Origin: a bacterium
Lineage (GTDB): Bacteria; CAIJMQ01
Length of the DNA: 43,276 nucleotides
NCBI GenBank assembly: GCA_023135785.1
Contig: JAGLSL010000034.1
Location: 1-43,276, forward strand
Direction: 5' to 3'
Of this stretch, positions 33,168-39,987 are shown piece by piece. Position 1 is the first letter of the stretch. Each line of letters opens with the position of its first letter. Made by a program: the position numbers and the translations under genes. The notes under the pieces are model-generated. The model was not told where the DNA came from. It did not search any database and worked only from the letters and a program-made list of their open reading frames with translations.

Positions 33168-34211
33168 ATGAACAAAAAAATTGCTTTTTTTGACACAAAA
33201 CCTTATGACCAAAAATCATTTGAAGAAGTTAACAGAAATTTTGGGTTTGATATAACTTATTTTGAAACGCATCTTAACCAACATACTGTCGAGTTATCGA
33301 ATAATTTTGATGCTGTCTGCGCTTTTGTGAATGATTCATTAGACAAAAAAGTTATTGAACATTTCGTAAATCATAAAATTCGAATAATTGCGATGCGATG
33401 CGCAGGATATAATAACGTAGATTTCAAGACAGCATATGGGAAAATACATGTTGTACGGGTTCCTGCTTACTCCCCATATGCTGTAGCAGAGCATGCTGTT
33501 GCGCTCATTCTAGCGCTAAACCGCAAAATCCATAAAGCATATCACCGAACCCGTGATGGAAACTTCTCAATTAATGGTCTCTTGGGTTTTGACATGTATG
33601 GCAAAACTGCCGGTATCATCGGTACAGGTAAAATTGGGAAATGTCTTGTTTCTATATTAAAGGGTTTTGGAATGAATATTCTTGCATATGACATTCATGC
33701 AGATCACGAATATGCAAAAAAAACCAATATTCGATATGTCGCTCTAGATGAATTATATAAAAAATCAGATATTATTTCTCTTCACTGCCCGCTTACAAAA
33801 GATACAGAACATATGATAGATGCCAAGGCCATTGATCATATGAAAAACGGCGTAATGATAATAAATACAGGTCGGGGTAAACTTGTCAATACACAAGCCT
33901 TGATAAACGACCTTAAATCAGGCAAAATCGGATCAGCCGGACTTGATGTATACGAAGAAGAAAGCGACTATTTCTTTGAAGATAAATCAACAGAACTTAT
34001 AATTGACGATACGCTTGCGCGTTTACTTACCTTTCCAAATGTATTGATCACTTCTCATCAGGCTTTTTTTACTCAGGAAGCGATTCATAATATAGCATAC
34101 ACTACGCTTAGCAATTTAAAAGAATTTTTTGATGGTGGATATCTCAAAAATGAGATATGTTATAAATGTGAGAAGCCTTGTTTAAAAAAACAAAAGAAAC
34201 GTTGTTTTTAA
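33168..34211 (+). CDS. ldhA: D-isomer-specific 2-hydroxyacid dehydrogenase, D-lactate dehydrogenase-like
   Basis: NAD fold GIIGTGKIG and catalytic-region motifs (R..GKLV, GLDVYEEE, ITSHQAF). 347 aa with a Cys-rich tail CYKCEKPC..8..C. Confidence 0.85.
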   Translation: MNKKIAFFDTKPYDQKSFEEVNRNFGFDITYFETHLNQHTVELSNNFDAVCAFVNDSLDKKVIEHFVNHKIRIIAMRCAGYNNVDFKTAYGKIHVVRVPAYSPYAVAEHAVALILALNRKIHKAYHRTRDGNFSINGLLGFDMYGKTAGIIGTGKIGKCLVSILKGFGMNILAYDIHADHEYAKKTNIRYVALDELYKKSDIISLHCPLTKDTEHMIDAKAIDHMKNGVMIINTGRGKLVNTQALINDLKSGKIGSAGLDVYEEESDYFFEDKSTELIIDDTLARLLTFPNVLITSHQAFFTQEAIHNIAYTTLSNLKEFFDGGYLKNEICYKCEKPCLKKQKKRCF

Positions 34212-34309
34212 AAATCACCTAACAATTAGTTCCAGCTGACTGTAAAACTGCGCTTTTCGGCAGGTGAGTTCTAACGTTAAAACAATAAAACAAGTAAAAG
34301 GGGGTAAGA

Positions 34310-34765
34310 ATGCTTGCGAAAAAATTTGCTTTGGGCTTTGGAATAGCAATAGTTCTCCCAATGATGATCCATTATGGCGTCAGCACCTTTGTAACTGAAC
34401 CTAAATGGGATGATTACCAAGTAAAGAATTATTATCAACGCTATAAACATGGAACGCCAGAGGAGAAAAAGGCATTAGAAGCAGAAAAAGGCCGATTAGA
34501 CGAACAATACAAAAAGGAAGAAGAACAATTTCAGAAAAATTTATTTTTTGTAGCTGTTCCCTTGGGAATAATTGCTATCATTGTCGGTTCTTTCCTCTCA
34601 GTTCAAGCAACAGGCACTGGTCTTATGTTCGGTGGAATATTTAGCATATGTGACGGCTATATAAACTACTGGTCAGAATTAAGCGATGCCTTGAAATTTC
34701 TCTCGTTATTAGTTGCCTTTATCGTTTTATTGTTTGTTGGTTACAAGAAACTTGAAAAAAAGTAG
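34310..34765 (+). CDS. hypothetical membrane protein (3-4 TM with a charged loop)
   Basis: 151-aa ORF with RBS GGGGGTAAG and hydrophobic segments flanking an EEKKALEAEKGRLDEQYKKEEEQ loop. Confidence 0.55.
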   Translation: MLAKKFALGFGIAIVLPMMIHYGVSTFVTEPKWDDYQVKNYYQRYKHGTPEEKKALEAEKGRLDEQYKKEEEQFQKNLFFVAVPLGIIAIIVGSFLSVQATGTGLMFGGIFSICDGYINYWSELSDALKFLSLLVAFIVLLFVGYKKLEKK

Positions 34766-34805
34766 AAAAATAGAAAACAAGGACAGCTGTTTATTTTTAA
34801 AAGAC

Positions 34806-34835
34806 GAGATTGCTTCGTTTTTGACTCGCAATGAC
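34806..34835. repeat. structured repeat family, half copy B: GAGATTGCTTCG-TTTTTGAC-TCGCAATGAC
   Basis: It shares the right-half consensus (GAGATTGC..TTCG..TCGCAATGAC) with copies A and C. The left arm is missing. Confidence 0.75.
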
Positions 34836-34871
34836 AGAAACTTTTTGTTTGGAATTTTGGTTATTGTTTGC

Positions 34872-34900
34872 CCTCTGGAATTTCTTTGAAATTCCAGAGG
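34872..34900. repeat. 13-bp perfect hairpin CCTCTGGAATTTC-TTT-GAAATTCCAGAGG
   Basis: Read directly. It lies in the spacer between a convergent gene pair. Confidence 0.9.
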
Positions 34901-34937
34901 ATTTAATCCCCGCAATCTTTCAGACTGTAGGGGATAT

Positions 34938-34974
34938 CTTGCCCGCCTGCCATTCGGTTGCGGGCAGGTTTCTT
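34938..34974 (+). terminator. GC-rich hairpin plus T-tract, member of the CTTGCCCGCC/GGCGGGCAAG hairpin family
   Basis: CTTGCCCGC-(13-nt loop)-GCGGGCAGG followed by TTTCTT. The arm sequence is shared with the in-frame insert at 17040-17093. Confidence 0.55.
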
Positions 34975-35030
34975 GGTGTTTGGTTATTAACCATTTTGCA
35001 TTTTGACTTTTACATTTTGAATTGTTTTTA

Positions 35031-35792
35031 TCATTTCCCCCATCTTCTTTGTCTTGCATGATATTCCGCAATCGCTTCGTATAATTTTTCTTTACTCAAG
35101 TCGGGCCAGAATTCGGGGATGATTACAATTTCGGTATATGCCATTTGCCAGAGCAGGTAATTAGAGATGCGGAAATCTCCTCCGGTTCGTATTAGAAGGT
35201 CGGGGTCGGGTAGCCCTGCGGTATATAAATTTTCCGAAATGGTTTCTTCATTTACCCCGCCCTTCGCTTCAGTATTAGATTCTTTATTTTTAGGAAGGGC
35301 GGGGTCTACTTTTTTAATATCTTTATTTTCTAATATTTTATTGACTGCATCTACTATTTCTTTTCTACCGCCGTAATTTACAGCGAGGTTTACGACCATC
35401 TTGTCGTTATTCTTCGTGGTTTCTTCTGCATAATCTATGGCTTTTTTGAGATTTCCTTCAAGCTCATGGATTCTTCCTATAAATCTTACTTTGATATTTT
35501 TTGAATGGAAATAGTCTATTTTTTTCTTAAGAAAATTTGCACCAAACTTCATTATGAAATTTACTTCTTTCTCTTTTCTCTTCCAGTTTTCTGTGGAAAA
35601 AATATAAAAGGTGAGCACGGGTATTCCCAGTTGGAGGCAATCTTCAATTACTCTAAGGACAGTGTCGCTGCCTTTTTTATGTCCCTGGGTTGAGAGGAGT
35701 TTATTTTTTTTAGCCCATCTGCGGTTGCCGTCAACGATAAATGCGATGTGTTGAGGAAGTTTGGTTTTATCTAAATCTATTTTTTGAGTCAT
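35031..35792 (-). CDS. uppS: undecaprenyl (isoprenyl) diphosphate synthase
   Basis: HIAFIVDGNRRWA, FSTENWKR and RTGGDFRISNYLLWQ.AYTE motifs. Start set at ATG 35792 (MTQKIDL...) rather than the upstream GTG. Confidence 0.93.
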   Translation of the reverse strand: MTQKIDLDKTKLPQHIAFIVDGNRRWAKKNKLLSTQGHKKGSDTVLRVIEDCLQLGIPVLTFYIFSTENWKRKEKEVNFIMKFGANFLKKKIDYFHSKNIKVRFIGRIHELEGNLKKAIDYAEETTKNNDKMVVNLAVNYGGRKEIVDAVNKILENKDIKKVDPALPKNKESNTEAKGGVNEETISENLYTAGLPDPDLLIRTGGDFRISNYLLWQMAYTEIVIIPEFWPDLSKEKLYEAIAEYHARQRRWGK

Positions 35793-35828
35793 TATTTTCT
35801 CGTAATCCGTAAGTAGTAATCTTAACAC

Positions 35829-35912
35829 GTAATTCGTAAATGGTAATCTTAATATGCAACTCGTAATCAGTAAATCGTAATTAGTAATTACTGTTTACCA
35901 TTTACGAATTAC
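35829..35912. repeat. 18-bp perfect inverted repeat GTAATTCGTAAATGGTAA / TTACCATTTACGAATTAC with 48-nt spacer, upstream of uppS
   Basis: 35829-35846 and 35895-35912 are exact reverse complements. The surrounding tract is built from CGTAAT/GTAAT words. Confidence 0.9.
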
Positions 35913-36016
35913 CAATTACATTATTCTTTTGTTCCCATTATACGAAATTTTCTCCTAAAAAATAAATTAGTATTTCTTTATCATCTATCCCGCTGTCGGT
36001 TTTAATTTATATATCT

Positions 36017-36157
36017 AGTTGACCCCGTTAGAGATTAAGTGAAATACGATTTATACACAGTTATCTATTGAAGAAAAAGCTATACTATATGTAAAGTAAA
36101 CTTGCAATTCGCGGTTGCCACAGATACAGTGGCAACCTATCTCTAACGGGGTTGACT
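36017..36157 (+). ncRNA. candidate structured element (RNA or MITE-like), about 141 nt
   Basis: Closing stem 36017-36035 / 36139-36157. 13 bp are perfect (CCCCGTTAGAGAT/ATCTCTAACGGGG) and the stem extends to 19 bp with two G-U pairs that are only valid on the + strand. An internal 9-bp hairpin GGTTGCCAC-AGATACA-GTGGCAACC lies at 36113-36137. Confidence 0.4.
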
Positions 36158-36180
36158 TTAATATTATGAAATTGTATTAT
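36152..36180 (+). promoter_or_regulatory. sigma70-like promoter of the aminotransferase-serA operon
   Basis: TTGACT (36152-36157), 17-nt spacer, TATTAT (36175-36180). The -35 lies inside the right arm of the 36017-36157 element. Confidence 0.55.
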
Positions 36181-36194
36181 TCCATCTTCTCTAA

Positions 36195-36225
36195 ACCTCG
36201 TTGATATTTGTAATATCTACGAGGT
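36195..36225. promoter_or_regulatory. 31-nt palindrome in the predicted 5' UTR
   Basis: ACCTCGT-T-GATATT-TGT-AATATC-T-ACGAGGT. Two perfectly symmetric stems sit about 15 nt upstream of the RBS AAGGAGGA. Confidence 0.5.
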
Positions 36226-36254
36226 AAACTTACTCTAAAAGGAGGAAGCACAAG

Positions 36255-37394
36255 ATGAAAAAGAAGTATCTTTTGACTCCGGGACCTACACCATTGCCAC
36301 CGGAAGTTATGAGCGCTTTAGCAAAGCCTATTATACATCATAGGACTGCCGAATATAGCGCATTGTTTGTGGAAGCAAATGAAGGTTTGAAATCTTTATT
36401 TCAGACCACTGAAGATGTTTTTACCTTTGCTTCTTCAGGTACCGGCGCCATGGAGGCGTCTGTCGTTAATTTGTTTTCACCAAAAGATAAAGTAATCGCA
36501 GTTGAGGCAGGTAAGTTTGGAGAAAGATGGTTGGAACTTGGTAATATATACGGTTTAGACGTTATTCCTGTTCATGTCCAGTGGGGTAAAGCAGTTGAGC
36601 CGTCTTTAATAGAAAAATTATTGAACGAAAATCCTGATGCTAAAGCTGTATTTGTCACCTTATGCGAAACTTCTACGGGTGTAAAAACAGACGTAAAAGC
36701 CATTGCGGCAATTACTGCAAAGACTAATGCGGTTATAGTGGTGGACGCGGTATCTGGTCTTGGCGCTATGGAGCTAAAAACCGATGAATGGGGTGTTGAT
36801 GTTGTTGTTTCCGGTTCGCAAAAAGGTATGATGTTGCCGCCGGGGCTTGCTTTTATCTCATTGAGCAAAAAAGCGCAGAAAATGCTCGAAACATCAACAT
36901 TACCTAAGTATTATTTAAGTCTTAAAGCGTATAAGAAAGCTTTAGACAAATCCAGCACACCATACACACCAGCAATTAGTTTGATGGTGGCTTTGAAAGA
37001 AGCGCTTAAACTCATACGTGATGAAGGACTTGAAAATGTATTAAAGAGACATGCTGTAATGGCTGAAGCGACAAGGCAGGCAGTCAAAGCATTGGGTTTG
37101 GAAGTTTTTGCTTCTTCGCCTGCCGATGCAGTTACTTCTGTGAAATTACCCGAGGGTATGGATGGAGTTAAGCTTTTTAAGATTATGAAAGATGAAATAG
37201 GTGTTCAGGCCGCAGGCGGGCAGGGAGACCTAAAAGGCAAAATATTGAGAATCGCTCATTTAGGATATATGGATGCTTCCGATGTGATTCTGGGTATTTC
37301 TGCCCTAGAAGTTGCATTGGGTAAAATAGGTTACCCTGTGAAAATGTGTGAAGGTGTAAAGGTGGCACAGAAAATCTTGTACAATACAAATTAA
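36255..37394 (+). CDS. class V (AGXT/serine-pyruvate type) aminotransferase, likely the phosphoserine/serine aminotransferase of this locus
   Basis: LLTPGPTPLPPEV...HHRT.EY N-terminus and the PLP-lysine motif SGSQKGMMLPPGLAF. Adjacent to serA. Confidence 0.85.
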   Translation: MKKKYLLTPGPTPLPPEVMSALAKPIIHHRTAEYSALFVEANEGLKSLFQTTEDVFTFASSGTGAMEASVVNLFSPKDKVIAVEAGKFGERWLELGNIYGLDVIPVHVQWGKAVEPSLIEKLLNENPDAKAVFVTLCETSTGVKTDVKAIAAITAKTNAVIVVDAVSGLGAMELKTDEWGVDVVVSGSQKGMMLPPGLAFISLSKKAQKMLETSTLPKYYLSLKAYKKALDKSSTPYTPAISLMVALKEALKLIRDEGLENVLKRHAVMAEATRQAVKALGLEVFASSPADAVTSVKLPEGMDGVKLFKIMKDEIGVQAAGGQGDLKGKILRIAHLGYMDASDVILGISALEVALGKIGYPVKMCEGVKVAQKILYNTN

Positions 37395-37520
37395 TCAATT
37401 TAAAATTAGCAGTGCAAAATTAGCAATTCCAAATTAGAAGAAACATTTTTAAATGCTAATTGTTAATTTTTCATTTTGCAATTCCCGAACATTAGTGAGG
37501 GAACAATGGAGGATAATTAA

Positions 37521-38477
37521 ATGAAAGTTCTTATATCAGATAAACTTAACAGCGAAGCAGTTGATATTCTCAAAGAACAAGGGTTGGAAGTGGATGTTGA
37601 TACTGAGCTTACTCCCGAACAGTTGAAAGAGAAAATAAAAGGTTACGATGCTTTGATTGTCAGGTCAAAAACCAAAGCTACAAAAGAAATAATTGATGCT
37701 TCTGATAATCTGAAAGTAATCGGTCGGGCAGGTGTGGGTGTGGATAATATAGACATTCCTGCGGCAACGGCTAAAGGAATTGTGGTAATGAATGCGCCTT
37801 CGGGAAATACTGTGTCGGCTGCAGAACATGCATTTGCTTTAATGATGGCTCTTTCAAGAAATATTCCACAGGCTCATTCTGCGTTGAAAGGTAAGAACTG
37901 GGATAAGAAAAAATTTGCCGGTGGCGCTGAAGTTAATGGAAAAACTTTGGGAGTAATAGGATTGGGTAGAGTTGGCTCTCATATGGCTAATATGGCTAAG
38001 GGTGTGGGAATGAAAGTTTTTGGTTATGACCCGATTATAACCAAAGAGAAGGCAGCAGAACTTGGTATAGAGCTTATTGAGTTGGATAGACTGTTGCAGG
38101 AATCCGATTACGTCTCCTTACATATTCCGCTTACGCCCGAAACAAAGCATATTATAGGAGAGAGAGAGTTGAAATTGATGAAAAATTGCGCGAGACTGAT
38201 AAACTGCGCAAGGGGCGGAGTGGTTGATGAAACTGCTCTTTATGAAGCTTTGAAAAACGGAGAAATAGCCGGCGCGGCGCTTGATGTTTTTGCGCAGGAG
38301 CCACTTGCAGATTCTCCGCTTCTTGAATTGGATAATATTATAGTTACACCGCATTTAGGCGCATCTACCAAGGAAGCACAGGTTAAAGTTGCGGTGGATA
38401 TCGCCAATTCAATAGCATTGGCTTTAAAAGAAGGAAAATTTGAAAACGCTTTAAATTTGTCTCAAATAAAGAGATAA
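37521..38477 (+). CDS. serA: D-3-phosphoglycerate dehydrogenase, short form without ACT domain
   Basis: GVIGLGRVGS NAD motif, NCARGG.VDE, ALDVF..EP and TPHLGAST. 318 aa. Confidence 0.85.
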   Translation: MKVLISDKLNSEAVDILKEQGLEVDVDTELTPEQLKEKIKGYDALIVRSKTKATKEIIDASDNLKVIGRAGVGVDNIDIPAATAKGIVVMNAPSGNTVSAAEHAFALMMALSRNIPQAHSALKGKNWDKKKFAGGAEVNGKTLGVIGLGRVGSHMANMAKGVGMKVFGYDPIITKEKAAELGIELIELDRLLQESDYVSLHIPLTPETKHIIGERELKLMKNCARLINCARGGVVDETALYEALKNGEIAGAALDVFAQEPLADSPLLELDNIIVTPHLGASTKEAQVKVAVDIANSIALALKEGKFENALNLSQIKR

Positions 38478-38502
38478 ATTTAATTTTAAGGAGATTTAAA
38501 TT

Positions 38503-39774
38503 ATGGTTAAGAAACTTCAGCCTGTTAAAAAGAAAATTCTAAAGGGACCAAGAATACATATTCTTGATGTAACCAATAGAGACGGCGTTCAGACTTCTCG
38601 CCTCGGATTGGCTAAACTCCAGAAAACAATGATAAATATGTATCTGGACAAGATGGGCGTTTATCAAAGCGAGTTCGGGTTTCCATTTACAAATCATGAA
38701 ACAAACTATATTAATGCCAATCTCGAACTTAAAAAAATAGGCGCATTCAAGTCCCTTATTCTTTCCGGATGGTGCAGGCCTGTAATTAAAGATATTGAGA
38801 AGTCACTAAAACTTACCGATATTAAACACATGAACTTGTCAGTATCTACTTCTGACCAAATGCTTAGTAACAAGTTTGGAGGTAAATATTCCAAAGATGA
38901 CATAATCAAAATGATTGTAAAGGCTACAAAGTTTGCCAAGAAAGAAGGTATCAAAACAATAGGCATCAATGCAGAAGATGCTTCCAGGTCTGATGTAGAT
39001 TTCCTTATAGATTTTGCCATTGCCGCTAAAGAAGCCGGAGCCGATAGGTTTAGATACTGTGATACTTTGGGATATGATGATCCTTTTTCAATCTATGAAA
39101 GAATATCCAAAATAGTCGCTTCCGTCAAAATAGGTGTTGAATTACATTGTCATAATGATTTGGGTATGGCTGTTGCAGTTTCAATAGGCGGAGCTAAAGC
39201 GGCAGTTGACAGCGGAGTAGATGCATATATAAATACTACTGTTAACGGAATGGGCGAAAGAGCTGGCAATGCGGATTTAGTGTCCACAATATTGGCTGTA
39301 AAGAAGGCAAGTGGTTTAAAAAGAAAATATGCAATGGACGACAATATAGATTTAAAAATGGCTTGGAAAATTTCCAAATATGCATCTTATGCTTTCGGTG
39401 TGCCTATTCCAATAAATCATCCGGGAGTAGGGGATAATGCTTTTGCGCACGAATCGGGCATTCACGTTGACGGTGCCTTGAAAGATTCCAGAAACTATGA
39501 GCTTTACCATTATGAAGAATTAGGCAGAGGAGAACCTGAAATTATTGAAACCGGAAGACAAATAACAGTTGGTGAATATAGCGGTATTAAAGGGTTTAGA
39601 AATGTTTACGGTAAACTTGAGATAGAATTCAAGGATGATAAGGAAGCTACGAAAATAATGGAACTTGTCAGGTATGCCAATGTTCACACCCAAAAGCCTT
39701 TAGTTGAGGATGAGTTGAAATTTATTGCGGCTTATCCTGAAATAGCTAAAAATATTATGACGGTTACCCCGTGA
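38503..39774 (+). CDS. homocitrate / 2-isopropylmalate / citramalate synthase family protein (HMGL-like TIM barrel, no LeuA regulatory domain)
   Basis: DVTNRDGVQ, HCHNDLGMAVA and HESGIHVDG motifs. 423 aa. Substrate specificity cannot be read from the sequence. Confidence 0.8.
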   Translation: MVKKLQPVKKKILKGPRIHILDVTNRDGVQTSRLGLAKLQKTMINMYLDKMGVYQSEFGFPFTNHETNYINANLELKKIGAFKSLILSGWCRPVIKDIEKSLKLTDIKHMNLSVSTSDQMLSNKFGGKYSKDDIIKMIVKATKFAKKEGIKTIGINAEDASRSDVDFLIDFAIAAKEAGADRFRYCDTLGYDDPFSIYERISKIVASVKIGVELHCHNDLGMAVAVSIGGAKAAVDSGVDAYINTTVNGMGERAGNADLVSTILAVKKASGLKRKYAMDDNIDLKMAWKISKYASYAFGVPIPINHPGVGDNAFAHESGIHVDGALKDSRNYELYHYEELGRGEPEIIETGRQITVGEYSGIKGFRNVYGKLEIEFKDDKEATKIMELVRYANVHTQKPLVEDELKFIAAYPEIAKNIMTVTP

Positions 39775-39817
39775 TACTTTCTGTAAAAAACAAAAAATTT
39801 AGAATGGATATACGGTA

Positions 39818-39930
39818 GAAATAAATAGAGATAAATAGATATACGTGGTAGACAGGCAACATATATCAACATATTTCCAAGTATTTCGACTTATATCAAA
39901 GTTTTACTTCCATGTATTTCTATTTATTTC
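39818..39930. repeat. inverted repeat GAAATAAATAGAGATA / TGTATTTCTATTTATTTC-type arms in the spacer upstream of the OMP gene
   Basis: 39818-39829 and 39919-39930 are exact reverse complements (12 bp), extendable to 16 bp with one G-U pair. Confidence 0.8.
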
Positions 39931-39987
39931 GGTAAGGTCTTGATATTTTAATCAAATTAGATATAATAAAAGTTGGAAATTAAAAAA

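Noticed and set aside
33133-34277. Short similar motifs flanking ldhA (TTTTCGGCGTTAGGTGA at 33133-33149, TCACCTAAC at 34216-34224, TTTTCGGCAGGTGAG at 34253-34267), considered as terminal repeats of a mobile ldhA cassette.
   Set aside because: Only 8-9-nt matches, within chance expectation for this window size. No target duplication and no mobility gene.
34727-35071. ORFs 34831..35061 (+) and 34727..35071 (-) in the hairpin-rich spacer before the uppS 3' end.
   Set aside because: They are read through stacked palindromes, so both strands stay open. No RBS and implausible composition. The region is better explained as repeat and terminator DNA.
35940-36254. Leader of the aminotransferase-serA operon, examined for a known riboswitch or T-box (glycine, SAM, THF, T-box specifier/antiterminator).
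   Set aside because: I could not recognise any conserved core of those classes. Only the structures reported as findings are visible.
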